Below the pieces are notes generated by a model. It did not search any database and was not told where the DNA came from. It worked only from the letters and a program-made list of their open reading frames with translations. A stretch of DNA of 62,389 nt, counting the filler, from Chiloscyllium plagiosum (Eukaryota): assembly GCF_004010195.1 (NCBI RefSeq). It is 5 parts of one record of this genome, joined end to end, with 100 filler letters (N's around TTAATTAATTAA, not from the genome) between each part and the next. Parts side by side here need not be neighbours in the genome. Positions count along the whole stretch, not along the records: positions 26,307 to 40,308 come from NC_057711.1; positions 40,409 to 47,730 come from NC_057711.1; positions 47,831 to 52,881 come from NC_057711.1; 2 more parts are not named here. One strand, given 5' to 3'. Both the position numbers and the translations under genes were made by a program. Below, piece after piece: positions 35,831-49,359 of the stretch. Within the stretch, counting starts at the first letter, position 1; each line of letters opens with the position of its first letter.

Positions 35831-38800
35831 GCAGTGCAATTGATATGCATGAAGGAATATTCAGAACATCATTAAGAAGATGCATAGATTGAACAGGCCA
35901 AGTAAACCATTTGACGAATTCTGTTCAGACATTCTGTATGACTGCAGCGACGTTTGCTACGCCATGAATCTCAATGATGAAGCAATTGGCAAGATTTAGC
36001 TTCTGTGATGTGACACAATTTGGGCAGCAACTTGTGAGTTTAAATGTGCTTCTGTGTCTGGTCTGAAGTTCCCATAACATTTATTCAAAACGAATAATAA
36101 TTAGCCACTATTTTGACAGCAAACCATTAACTGGCTATTTCACGTTCTCCAAGTTGTGGCCTGAAATGGAACAATCACAGCATCTGCAGAAATGTAAGAT
36201 TTACAATGAACTAATGTTACAAGAAACACTGGCTTTTCCTCTACCAAGTACAGGTAGAGCAAATTGCTGCAGAAGGACTAAAGCAGCAAGACAGCCAATT
36301 ATGGCACAGTGTGCAATAGAGCTATGCTGCTGACACTGTCAGAAGTCATCTGCTGTGTGAAAATCTGACAACTAATCAACTCAGTTATCAGCAACTGACA
36401 GTTCTGGCTGCACCTTTGAGATCAAATCAGCTGGTCACTCATAACTGACAACAGCTCCCACAGGGATCAGTCCTCTGAGTGGCTCCCTTCAACATTTATA
36501 GCAGCAACCACCCCCTCACAAAGTCATGGCTCTTCATTTAAGCTAATGAGTTGGCCCTGGTTTTCTAGGCTTAAGAACTTCAGGATATTCAGGAACCAGT
36601 TACTGATGATTTATGTCCACAAGCCTCCTTCAGAAAATGGAGATTTCAACTAAATGCTGACAAGAGAATTGTTTCAACTTTCCACTCAAAGACTAGAGAC
36701 GAACTTTGTATTCATTTCTATGACCTACCTGTTCGTCCATAAACCAATGCCAAAATACCTCAATATCATTCTTGACTGTACATTGACTATCTCAAGAATA
36801 CCCACCTGAGACGTATGGTACCCCTCCCTGACAATTGCAGTTGCCCCATCCTCCCCAACTTCACAATTGCAATTCCCCCTTACCCCAGCCTGCATCCTAT
36901 TAGGTTCCTGAGTCTCCTTCACACGGAAATGGCTGCCCCTTATCTCTCCCTCCCCTTTATCCCTTTTGTTTCTCTGGACAGACCCAATGGACAGACCGTG
37001 GCCCATTCTCTTGGGAGACTGAACCAGAGAGCCCTGAATAAGAAGTGCCCAGAGCTCTGAGTAAAAGCTGCACATCTCCCTGGCTGTGTTAGCCTTAGCC
37101 TGACCACCCAGCCACAGACGAACTATAATAGAGCCAAAGAACTGACTGTGACCCCCTCCCATGATCACAAAGTCATGGACCCCCTTGACTGGCCAATCCC
37201 CTGGAATGGAATTGGAGGCTGCCCTTGACTTGCTGTGTTGGGACTCCCGAGTGACGGGTGCTTCCATGACCTTCAGTGATGACAGCTTTCAAAAGCCTTT
37301 GAGATATAGTTGCATACTTGTTGCACATGCTATGTGTTTGCCACATAAGCTGCTGGCACACGGTGCAGGTAGGAGATTGACATAGCACCCTGCAAGATAT
37401 CTATCCCTTGACTGAGGACTGCTGACGAGTGAGGCAGGCTGCCTGGTGGTGTGACTGCACCAAAAGACAAGGCAGGGTGCGGCTAAGTGAGTGAGCACTA
37501 AGAGAGCACGCAAACAGCCCTGAGATACAGCCTGATACCTGTCCCTGACCCTGCCCACAAAGTGTGCTTGTGGTAGCCTGTCATTGCTAGTTACTGGTGC
37601 ACTCTGCAGAACAAGTCTACACTTCCTGAGCTTCTTGCATGTTGATCACAGAGATGTGTGAGAATCATGGGAGTTTGGCAGATGTTGGGTATGTGTGGCT
37701 AATGCCCATGTATTGTTTTTCTTTCATTCAATCACAAGCACCTCTGCCTAGGCAGCATTTATTATCCATCCCAGGACACAGTTAAGAGTCAACACATTGC
37801 TGTGGGTCTGGAGTCACATATAGACCAGACCAGGTAAGGATGGCAGTTCTTATGCAAACAATTGACAATGATTGCGTGGTCATCATTAGATTCTTAATTC
37901 CAGGTTTTTATTGAATTCAAATTCCACCATCTGCCATGGCAGGATTTGAACTCGCATCCCCAGAATATTACCTGGATCTCAGGCTTAACAGTTCAACGAT
38001 AATACCACTAGGCCATCACTTCCTCTCATCATATCCCACTGGTACTGTTTGTCCCTGAGCAACATGGAGGCTCCTGGCAACCAGCAATGAGCGGAGGCAC
38101 CTGCTCAGCCTGCCATGTCAAGGGTTGACATCTCGCTCACTCAGCACCTTTGTTAAAAGTTGAAGAAGTTGAACATTAATAAGACAAGTGTGTCATTGAT
38201 AAGGAGTTTAATAAGCTATAATCCCCTTCAAATGACAAAATGGCACTGTGGAGCAATGCATAAAAGACATAACATGCTCTCAATGTTGAGAAAGGCCTCA
38301 CTGAACATCTCTCACAACTCTGCCACAAATCTCATCAGGGACTACATTATTCAGGGCCCTATATGATTCTACCCTTAGGTATTTCTTTTGCAAGTATCCT
38401 GGCAAGGTGCCAGCCAATTGGCATTGAGAGAGTGACAGTATCAACCACATCTTTACCTCATTAAGGGTGAGCTCACTAATGTGGTAACAGTTCTCCACAA
38501 AAAGAAATCTCCCTTAATCTCTTTCCTAACTCTCACAACATTAATGATCCTCAACACTGCTTTCACGTAAAGAGATAATAATTTTTTCCTATTCACTCTA
38601 TTAAAACTGTTCATAGCCTTAAATCACCACAGCCTTTACTAGTTCCAGTATTTCTATTCTCTCTTCAGAACCAGCATTTATGCTGTGCACTGTTTATGCT
38701 TTAATGTCCTTTCTGCAGCTGCACTCTGCAATCTAACCAATCTATCTTCTTTTTAATCTTGTACTTTTTTGCTCTATTTATAAATTTAATATGCAGTTTG

Positions 38801-39609
38801 CTTTAAGGATAACTTCACCTACTTACATGGTCAGTAGTACTTAAATCACTAAGTCCATTTGCTAGTCCACATCCTTCAATGTCTTTTCCTCACTTTCATA
38901 CCATTTCTTATACCTCATAATTACCCGTACTAAATTATCAACCTAATTATCAGCACACTCCACAAAACCGTTTATATACTCCTGAAGTATAAAGAGTAAA
39001 TGTTGGCTCAATTTATCAATTAATTATAAATTCTTTTCTCGGTCTGTGTGATAGAATAATGAAAAATTCAGTAATTCTGGGTAACTCTTTTTGGGTAAAT
39101 AATTAAGTTCAGGAACTTTGCTCTACTGCCTTCGGGAGTCAAAAGGAAATTCTCCAGATTTTTCCTGCAATTTAAACAAAATTGCTTCAACTTTCTTTGG
39201 AGTGGATGGATAGTGTGCAAAGACACAGTATTAACTGGATAGAATAGGTTTGAGGATGTTGGTGATCTTTTCTTCCCCCTCTTTTTGATCGTTTAAAATA
39301 CAGAATTAAGGTGAATTAATGAGTAACAGGAGGAATTCCTCTCATCATTGTGCATAGTGTCACTGTTAATGGGCTTGTGAAAGTTGGTAGATCGGGAGGG
39401 ATTTCCAGTAAAAGGCAAGTTTCCTTTGGAATTTATACTTCCCTCAAGATTTCAAAGGAACTTAATCTTATCTCAGTGGCACTGCATTGAATCAGGTTGA
39501 AATATAGACTGACCACAACTTTAGGCAATGAGAAACATTTCCTGCACTACATATCAGCAACACAAAGTGAGTGAAATGCAGACATGGACAGTAAAGGGAG
39601 GACAACAGT

Positions 39610-39975
39610 TATGACAGTCAGTGGAGTGGTATGCTCCTCCTATCAGATGTGGGAGATTAGGGAACAGCTGACTGTCCCTGAAGACAATGTTTGCAGGAGG
39701 TGTGTTTAGATCCATTAGATATCAGGCCAGACCATTTGGACCAGTTAGAAAAGCGGTTCTGCTCTCTGAGGAGCATACAGGAGATAGAGTGTGATGGTGA
39801 GTAGCTTTAGAGGGGTGGTCACACCACAGATTCAGTCAGAGAGATGGGTGACTGTCAGGATGTAGTAGGAATGTAGTGCAGGAATCTCCTGTGGCTATTT
39901 CTGTCTCAAATAGGGGCACTGTTTTGTGGGGGAATAGTCTCTCAGAGGAAAATAAAAGTGCAGCCAGATCTTGGG
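39610..39975 (+). mobile_element. CR1 ORF1 N-terminal (zinc-finger) fragment
   Basis: VVCSSYQMWEIRE...VPEDNVCRRC matches the CR1 ORF1 pattern. Confidence 0.65.
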
Positions 39976-39996
39976 CACTAAGGATGAATCTTCTGT

Positions 39997-40308
39997 GTCG
40001 AAAAGTGTGGTGCTAGAAAAGTACAGAAGGTCAGGCAGCATTCAAGCAGCAAGAGAGTCAACGTTTTGGGCATAAGCCCTGCATCAGGAATGTTGGGGGC
40101 AAGAGCTAAGACATAAATAGGAGGGTGGGGTAAGTTGGCTGGGAAGGCAATAGGTAGACGCAGGTAGGAGATGATTGTGATAGGTCAGATAGGTGGGAAG
40201 GAAGGTGGACAGGTAGGACAGTTCAAGAGGGTTGGATCTAGGATGAGATTGGGGGGGGGGGGGGGGGCAGGAGTTGGGAGGTGGGGAGATTTGTAAATTA
40301 GTGGAGTC
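39997..40308 (-). mobile_element. Neptune-type PLE 3' UTR and pLTR running into a gap
   Basis: pLTR tail, degenerate hammerhead at about 40059-40087, purine-rich UTR. Confidence 0.75.
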
Positions 40309-40408
40309 NNNNNNNNNNNNNNNNNNNNNNNNNNNNNNNNNNNNNNNNNNNNTTAATTAATTAANNNNNNNNNNNNNNNNNNNNNNNNNNNNNNNNNNNN
40401 NNNNNNNN
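40309..40408. other. Assembly gap spacer
   Basis: N44-TTAATTAATTAA-N44. Confidence 0.97.
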
Positions 40409-41326
40409 TTCATGACTTAGATGAGGGAGTCGAAGGGTGGGTCAGTAAATTTGCAGATGATACGAAGATAGGTGGAGTTGTGGACAGTGAGGAGGGCTGT
40501 TGTCGGCTGCAGAGGGACTTAGATATGATGCAGAGCTGGGCTGAGGAGTGGCAGATGGGGTTCAACCCTGCCAAGTGTGAGGTTGTCCATTTTGGAAGAA
40601 CAAATAAGAATGCGGAATACAGGGTTAATGGTAGGGTTCTTAGTCAGGTGGAGTAACAGAGGGATCTTGGGGTCTATGTACATAGATCTTTGAAGGTTGC
40701 CACTCAGGTGGATAGAGTTTGTAAGAAGGTCTATGGAGTATTATCGTTCATTAGCAGAGGGATTGAATTCAAGAGTTGTGAAGTGATGTTGCAACTGTAC
40801 AGGACTTTGGTTAGGCCACAGTTGGAGTACTGTGTGCAGTTCTGGTCGCCTCATTTTAGGAAAGATGTGGGAGCTTTGGAGAGGTTGCAGAGAAGATTTA
40901 CCAGGATGTTGCCTGGAATTGAGAATAGGTCGTACGAGGATAGGTTGAGAGTGCTAGGCCTTTTCTCATTGGAATGGTGAAGGATGAGGGGTGACTTGAT
41001 AGAGGTTTATAAGATGATCAGAGGCATAGATAGAGTAGACAGTCAGAAACTTTTTCCCCGGGTACAACAGAGTGTTACAAGGTGACATAAATTTAAGGTG
41101 AAGGGTGGAAGGTATAGGGGAGATGTCAGGGGTAGGTTCTTTACCCAGAGAGTGGTGGGGGCATGGAATGCGCTGCCTGTGGGAGTGGCAGAGTCAGAAT
41201 CATTGGTGACCTTTAAGCGGCAATTGGATAGGTTCATGGATAGGTGCTTAAGCTAGGACAAATGTTCGGCACAACATCGTGGGCGGAAGGGCCTGTGCTG
41301 TGCTGTTTTGTTCTATGTTCTATGTT
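40409..41326 (+). mobile_element. CR1 LINE ORF2 3' half and 3' UTR (relatively young)
   Basis: SKFADDTKIGG, LYRTLVRPQLEYCVQFWSP, (ctatgtt)n tail. Confidence 0.95.
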
Positions 41327-43639
41327 CCAGATCTTGCTGCATTTGGACAAGGATTATTTCAGTATCTGAGGAGTCACAAATGCGGCTGAGTATTGCGCAG
41401 TCAACAGCAAACATATCCTTTCTGATCTTCTGATGGGGAAAAGGTCATAGTCAAAGATGGTTGAGCCTAGGACACTACCCTGAGGAACTCCTGTAGAGAT
41501 GTCCTGAGGCTGAGGTGATTAAACTCCAAATACCACAACCATCTTCCTTTTTGCCAGATATGACTCTAACCGGTGGAGTGCTTTCCCCTGATTCCCAATG
41601 ATTCTAGTTTTTCTAAAGTTCCTTGGTACCATACTCAAAAATGGCCTTGATGTTAAGGGCAGTAACTCTCACCTTACCTGCTATAACAAGTTACTGAGGG
41701 AGAATGAAAAGGAAGAGATTTTGAGCCTGGACATTAAGAGAGAAGAGAACAGGCTTTAAGTAGACTTTTAAAGTGAAGCAGAACAGTTTATGCTGACAAT
41801 TCCAAAAGGGAGGCCAGAGTTGGTTGAAGGATATGCCACCAGGCTGGAGGAGCTGTGGAGAGAAAGACCAACTGTGCACTGACTTGAAGATGAGACTAGG
41901 ATGTCCAACTCAAAGCATTAGGAGCAAGATTCATCGGGCAAAAGCTCATAAGTAAATGACACAACTTATGGACACCAATCTGTGAGTGAGTCATCTCAGA
42001 GTTTTACAATGAGTAGAAATGGTTGAACACATTCCTGATTTTAATGCCTTTTACTGACCATGTAATTCTTAGTTCCTCAAATCCTGGCATTTGACTGCTC
42101 CAAGCAAATCTCACTTCCCCAATGGAGGAATCAACTGTGGCAGTTAGTGAACCAAATTCTCCATCTGTGCTTGACTAAGGTCTTCTTGAAGAGTGTTAAG
42201 TGGTCTTTAGCAAAGGGACTGTGGAAATATGACAAGCTTCAGAAAAGCTTTTAGCTTGTACAAATAAATCAGAACTGTGGCATGAATTGATAGTCTGAAT
42301 GAAGATTTTGCCATAGAGTCTCACTGGGTCACAATGGGTCACAGAACAATACCAAAAGGCTGTGACCTTATCTCTAACTCCTTCACCCATCCTTCCTGTT
42401 CAAAATGGCACTTTACATCTCATATTATGTGATTGATGTGTAAGCTTATTTTCCTTTGGGGCTTCTTGTGTTCCTACCTCTGAGCTGGGACACCAGGGTT
42501 AAAGTCCTACCTGATTCAGAGGTGTGTAATGCCATCCCTGTTCAGATTAATTAGGAAATATCTATTCTTCTCTCTCACCTCACCCAAATCTGAATATATA
42601 AACTTACACATAAGCATTTAAAACCATCATGTTGTGCCGATTGGCTTTCATCACTGAGTCAGCAAACCTGAACTTGAGATAGTTGTTCAGTCATATTCCA
42701 TTTCTCTGCTGGTTGAACTGGTTTCCAGTCTCTTGCTAAGTTCCTTTAAAAAGATGATTTTAGAATTTAATCTTTAAAAGGAAGTCAATGCCCATTTGCA
42801 TCGTTAACGTCCTCAAAGTCATTGTTGGCACATGGGTTTTATATTGAGAATACAGCAGACTTCCCCCTTCCCTGTATGAACAAGAACATAACTACTTGCA
42901 ATATTTGATACAGCTTTTTGTACAATATTAAAAGCACTGGATTTGTAATATTTTTACCTTACCCTCTCATTATCTTTCACCGACAACACAACATGGCATC
43001 CCATAACATTCCAACAAAACTTCAGGCTAGCGTTCAGAAGGTTGTTTTAGAATGCATCTGTACAGTTGATGTTTCCATCAGACCTTCACATTCACATGAA
43101 TTGTTCAGGTTTGGATTTATCAATGAATGTCAATCTGCAATTTATTTTGTTTTATTTGGACCTATTGGTAGGGAGGGACGATCACACAGTCCTTATGGAA
43201 GATAAGTCAGTCTTCACATTGAGGGCATTGTTCACCCCGTGACATGACACCACATAACTTAATACCTAGTGATATGTCAGCTTTATTTCTGACTTGATTT
43301 TTTTATTGTTGTCGATAAAAACAACCAAGTGATTTGATAGGCCAATTTAGAGAACAGTTGTGAGCCAACAACATTATTGTGAATCTGGAGTCACGTGGGC
43401 AGACTGAGTAAGGACAGCAAACCCCTGAAGGATATTTGGCTATGAGGTATGTTTGTTTTCTTACAATTTGGTATTTTCACCATCATTAATAATGAATCAT
43501 TTTACCCCAGATGTATTATTTAATTAAATTGAAATTCCCCAGCTGTCATGATGCCATTTGAACTCATGATTCCAGAATATTAGTCTGGGTCTCCACGTTA
43601 AAAACCAAGTAACATTATCACAACTCTGCTCCCATCCCT

Positions 43640-43935
43640 GTAGGGTGAGGAATATTTGAAATTTGCACTCCTTTTTGTGTGGAAGAAATGCTTCCTGACA
43701 TCACAGTTGAACACTGTAGCTCTAATTATAAAATTATATCCCTTTGCTCTGGATTCCCTTGCCAGAGGAAATCGTTTATCTATTCTATCAAATCCTTTAA
43801 TTACATTAAACACCACAATTAGATTACCCTTTAATCTTCTACACTGAAGAAAATATAAACCCAGCCATTGCAGTTTGTCTTGATAATTTAACACTTCTAG
43901 CCCCGTTATGATTCTGGTGAATTTGTCCTACATCT
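43640..43935 (-). mobile_element. CR1 LINE 3' fragment
   Basis: YQDKLQWLGLYFLQCRRLKGNLI. Confidence 0.8.
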
Positions 43936-44477
43936 TTTCATGCTCTCAATGAAGAGTCATTGTGGATTTCTGGCTGAAAGCCCAGACAACTAGTGGAGAG
44001 CTAAAACATCTAGGCCCCTGCTTAATTGACATCATTGGCCGATCAATTTCACAATGTACCTTTACTCAAGCCTAAGTGCTTTCAAGAGCAGTCTGGTTTC
44101 AGATATTGAAAGTTAAAGAGTCTAGATGTTTGACATTTATATTGGATTACATTGAATGGAATACTTTGTTAAAGCATAGTGGGTTCACGATCATGGTAAG
44201 TTACAAATGAATCTCTTTTTAAAGTTTTGTTTTACATCAGCAACTATCACCATAAGGTTCATTATTTTTATACAGTGTACAATGGTTGAATGGGCATAGA
44301 TGTGCCATATTTCAGCATGAGGCATGATGGATAATACTTTTGGTGGGGGGATATAGCATGGCCAGAAGGTCATGAGGAGTATCTTGTGGGCTCATGACCT
44401 GAACCACCCTGCACTCCTAAAAGACCCAAATGAAAACCAAAAATCCCAGGACTAGGGTAGGAAATCCCAGAACTGAT

Positions 44478-45770
44478 CGTTTTTTGGAAGAAGTAACAAA
44501 GAGGATTGATGAGGGCTGAGCAGTAGGCGTGATCCAGATGGACTTCAGTAAGGCGTTTGACAAGGTTTCCCCATGGGAGACTGGTGAGCAAGGTTAGATC
44601 TCATGGAATACAGGGAGAACTGGCCATTTGGATACAGAACTGGCTCAAAGATAGAAGACAAAGGGTTGATTTTCAGACTGGAGGCCTGTGACCAGTGGAG
44701 TGCCATAAGGATCGGTGCTGGGTCCTCTACTTTTTGTCGTTTATATAAATTATTTAGATGTGAGCTTAAGAGATAAAGTTAGTAAGTTTGCAGATGACAC
44801 TAAAATTGGAGGTGTAGTGGACAGTGAAAAAGGTGACCTCAGATTGCAATGGGATCTTGATCAGATGGGCAAATGGGCTGAGGAGTGCAGATGGAGTTTA
44901 ATTCAGATAAATGTGAGGTGCTGCATTTTGGGAAAGTAAATCTTAGCAGGACGTCTACACTTAATGGTAAGGTCCTTGGAGTGTTGCTGAACAAAGAGAC
45001 CTTGGAGTGCAGGTTCATAGCTCCTTGAAAGTGGAGTCACAGGTAGATAGGATAGTGAAGAAGGTGTTTGGTATGACTTCCTTTATCCGTCAGAGTATTG
45101 AGTACAAGAGTTGGGAGGTCATGTTGCATCTGTACAGGATATTGGTTAGACCACGTTTGAAATATTGCGTGTAATTATGGTCTCCTTCCTATCAGAAAGA
45201 TGTTGTGAAACTTGAAAGGGTTCAGAAAAGATTTACAAGGATGTTGCCAGGGTTGGAGGATTTGAGCTACAGGGAGAGGCTGAACAGGCTTGGGCTGTTT
45301 TCCCTGGAGCATCAGAGGCTGAGGGTTGACCTTAAAGAGGTTTATAAAATCATGAGGGGCATTGATAGGGTAAGTAGACAAAGTCTTTTCCCTGAGGTGG
45401 GGGAGTCCAGGTTTACGGTGAGAGGGGAAAGATATAAAAGAGACCTAAGGGGCAACTTTTTCACGCAGAGGGTGGTACGCATGTATGAAATGGGCTGCCA
45501 GAGGAAGTGATGGAGACGAGTACAATTGCAACATTTAAAAGGCATCTGGATGGGTTGGAAGGGTTTAGAGGGATATCGATTAGGTGGTGGCAGATGGGAC
45601 TATGTGAAGGGGTATGGGTGGGTTGTGGGTTGGTGTGGACTTGTTGGGCCTATCTCCACACTGTAAGTAATCTAATCTAACCTTTGCTTTTCAGATATCT
45701 GGTCAGCATGAACAAGTTGGACTGAAGGGTTTGTTTCCGTGCTGTACATCTCTATGACTCTGTGACTCTA
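44478..45770 (+). mobile_element. CR1/HER1-type LINE ORF2 and 3' UTR
   Basis: MDFSKAFDKV, KFADDTKIGG, LERVQKRFTRMLPGL and tail. Confidence 0.95.
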
Positions 45771-46116
45771 TAACTGGATCCTGGCTGCAATTCTTCAACT
45801 GTAATATCCCAAATGTGTATTTCAGAGTCCTACGGTACCTTTTTTTTAAATTGTATTTTTAACCATCCCTTTTCTCTTTATAAATTTGTGAAAACCTTTG
45901 GTGTTGATAAATTTAACATTTGATATTTTTGCAATCTTTTTCTTGTGTTCCCTTTCTGTAGCTTTTACCATCCTCAATACCTCGTTACTGTTTTTTAAAT
46001 TTCCTCCGATCTATAGAATCTCTTCTGTTCTTCGCATTCGTTCGAACTCTGTCTTTTACTTTTGTATTAACTCTCACATCCTTTCCTGATGAAGGTTATT
46101 CCATAAAGAATGCAGA

Positions 46117-46382
46117 ACGGTGGCACGGTGGCACAGTGGTTAGCACTGCTACCTCACTGTGCCAGAAACCAGGGTTCAATTCCCGCCTCAGGCGACTGAC
46201 TGTGTGGAGTTTGCACATTCTCCCCGTGTCTGTGTGGGTTTCCTCCCACAGTCCAAAGATGTGCAGGTCAGGTGAATTAGCCAGTCTAAATTGCCCATAG
46301 TGTTAGGTGAAGGGGTATGGGTGGGTTGTGGGTTGGTGTGGACTTGTTGGGCCTGTTTCCACACTGTAAGTAATCTAATCTA
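46117..46382 (+). mobile_element. HE1-type SINE with internal deletions
   Basis: HE1 head, body and (aatct)n tail. Confidence 0.9.
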
Positions 46383-47257
46383 ACCTTTGCTTTTCAGGTA
46401 TATGTCTCAGGATTGTACCAAATGCTTCTTTCTCCTGTTCATTAGTCCTTTTAACCATGACAGTTTTACCCAGAACTCCTGAGGTCAATTTCAGCCACAT
46501 CCATGGTCTTCCTAAACTAAATTTTAAATTTAAAACCTGAATTCATGGCTCACCCATCTCCCTCTCAAATGTAATGTCAAATTCTATCAGAATAGAGCAC
46601 AAATGGGCGAGCTAAATGTTCCTTTACTGCCAAATCGCTGACTGATTCAGGCTCATTATTTCTCACCAAGTCTAATGCGATCAGTTACTTTGTGAGTTCA
46701 GGAACATATTGTTCTGGAATATTGGACACAATATTCCAAGCAAGGCATGTCAATGATTTTGTTCAGGTTTAGTATTACCTCTGTTAGTTTTTATTCTATT
46801 CCCTGGCTTGGATAACCAAATATCCCAACTAACTTTTATAACAGTTTCATCAATTTTTTTCTTTACTTTTGTCTGATATGTGTGTGTATCTGATATCTGA
46901 AGTCTGTCTGCTCTTCCACTCATTTTAAAGTGCTCTTAGCGCAATCATTTAGCACACATGTCCTCTCCCGATCTCCCGCCCAAATTTCACTGCCTTGTAT
47001 TTTTCTACAGTAACATTTGCCTGACCATCACACATACAATTAATCCTCGATTATTATATCTTCCTGAAGTCACTTAGCTACACTTTACACTTCACTTTGC
47101 TTTTTCCTCTGTGTTACCAGCAATTTGAGATGTGAAAAAAAGTAAAGGTATGGTTTTAATGCTAAGAGTTTGGGGCCATTAAAGGTAGAAGTTTCAAAGT
47201 TGTGAAGCCAGAGAGGTAGGTGGCTCAGGAGAGTAGACATAGTTACACTCTGAGGAA

Positions 47258-47730
47258 GTCATAGAGTCATAGAGATGTACAGCATGGAAACAGACCCTTC
47301 GGTCCAACTTGTCCATGCCAATCAGATATCCCTACCCAATCTAGTCCCACCTGCCAGTACCCGGCCCATATCCCTCCAAACCCTTCCAATTCATAAACCC
47401 ATCTAAATGCCTCTTACATGTTACAAATGTACCAGCCTCCACCACTTCCTCTGGTAGCTCATTCTATACACGTGCCATCCTCTGCATGAAAAGGTTGCCC
47501 CTTAGATCCCTTTTATATCTTTCCATTCTCACCCTAAACCTATGCCGTCTAGTTCTGGACTCCCCCACCGCAGGAAAAAGACTTTGTCTATTTATCCTAT
47601 CCATGCCCCTCATAATTTTGTAAACCTCTATAAGATCACTCCTCAGCTTCCGACGCTCCAGGGAAAACAGCCCCAGCCTGTTCAGCCTCTCCCTGTAGCT
47701 CAAATCCTCCAACCCTGGCAACATCCTTGT
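47258..47730 (-). mobile_element. CR1/HER1-type LINE 3' end
   Basis: ORF 47464-47724 MLPGLEDLSYRERLNRLGLFSLE. Confidence 0.93.
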
Positions 47731-47830
47731 NNNNNNNNNNNNNNNNNNNNNNNNNNNNNNNNNNNNNNNNNNNNTTAATTAATTAANNNNNNNNNNNNNN
47801 NNNNNNNNNNNNNNNNNNNNNNNNNNNNNN
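47731..47830. other. Assembly gap spacer
   Basis: N44-TTAATTAATTAA-N44. Confidence 0.97.
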
Positions 47831-48127
47831 AAGGGGGGGGGGGGGGGAGAAGGGGAGGGGAGAAGGGGAGAAGGGAGCTGGGGGTGAGAATCTGAAACCT
47901 GAATACAGGCCAAGGTGACTAGTTGTTGTCAGGAACAACCACTTAACAGATACTCTTAATAACTTAGGCGGCAATAAAATGGCTTCCCGATTCAAAGAAC
48001 ATGACAAAATGGCTTCTAGGCTGCAAACTGACAATTTTGCTAAAGCTGCATAAAATGGTTTTGAAGTTACTAACTGCTAATTGTGCTATTGCTGAGGGGG
48101 AAATGGGTGGCACAAGGGGGGTGTGGG

Positions 48128-48274
48128 CGAGAGAGAGAAAGCTAATCCTTTAAGTCGAGATGACTCTTCATAATGAGCAGTCATCAAGACTCAAAATGTT
48201 TGCTTGCTCTCTCTCTCTCTCTCCATAGATGCTGTTTGACCCGCTGTGATCTCCAGCATTTGTTGTTTTTAGTC
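48128..48274. mobile_element. Older palindromic PLE pLTR pair (same subfamily as 9698-9872)
   Basis: Inverted arms around gatgactcttcataatgagcagtcatc. Confidence 0.65.
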
Positions 48275-48676
48275 TGACCACACAAAGATTGCCCGGCTCT
48301 CTGAACCTGTAACTACAGTGTACATCGCCACTTTCAGAAGAGAAAGCTGAGGAAGAAAATTATTCCCAATACTAACCATCTCAATGAGGCAAAAATGGAA
48401 ATGAGTTGAATCAAAACATCGACCAGGTTCCGAAGAAAACTATTTCAATATATTAAGTATGCTGCTAGATATGTCACTCCACCTTCCATAAACAAAATGT
48501 TTGAAGTGTATACAGCAGAAAATCACTTAAAAGATTTTGCTTTGAAGGGTTCAAATCAGCAACAAAAATGTCAGCCTTTCTCTGAACAGATCAAAACAGC
48601 TACTGCCTAGCTTACAACTATTAATGGTAAGCCATTACTGAAAATGAAAAGCATAACATTACAGCATAGATTTTTA

Positions 48677-48809
48677 CCTGAAGGGGGGCTCATGCCCGAA
48701 ACGTCGAGTCTCCTGCTCCTTGGATGCTGCCTGACCTGCTGCGCCTTTCCAGCAACACATTTTCAGCTCTGATCTCCAGCATCTGCAGTCCTCACTTTCC
48801 CCCCCGCCC
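48677..48809 (+). mobile_element. Solo PLE pLTR starting at the hammerhead core, exact 15-bp TSD
   Basis: cagcatagattttta at 48662-48676 and 48810-48824. Confidence 0.85.
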
Positions 48810-49359
48810 CAGCATAGATTTTTAGCTAATTATTGCCCAATGTTTCTATTTTCCTTATAACTGCTGCAAAATGCAGAGTTACTTTATGTTTCACCAACAG
48901 TTTTATCCAAATAGTAAGTGTCTACATGTCAAAAATATTAAGTTGAATGTGAAGCATTTTGTAATATCTGGGCACGTGATAAGGTTATCTATATACATGC
49001 TGAATCTTTCTATCTTTAGATTTTTCCACAGGGTTCTTAGAGCACAATAAGAAAGAGGAACATATCAGATTTAGCTTTTTCTTCCTCAAACTAGTTATGT
49101 GTAATTTTTATTGTCACCTTTTCTCTGTAAAGAATGCCCAAATTTCCCTTGGATAAATGTCAAAATCTTGCATAACCTAGGGCAGATGATAAGGAACATA
49201 TCTATATTGACAGCAGTATCACATAAAACAGATGTGAAAAGTTGTTACATAATTTAAGGGATATTAGTACACTTGATCGATATACTTAGGGGAGGTATCA
49301 GTAATCTCATATGTCTTATTGCTACTGAACAAATAGGAGGGAAACGGTTTCTTAACCCA

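Noticed and set aside
36300..38340. Possible Harbinger-type DNA transposon remnant and 180-aa ORF 36725-37267
   Set aside because: Composition is suggestive, but I could not identify TIRs, a TSD or transposase motifs, and the ORF is unrecognisable.
47975..48062. Cluster of YY1-like AAAATGG motifs
   Set aside because: Short motifs in AT-rich DNA with no supporting context.
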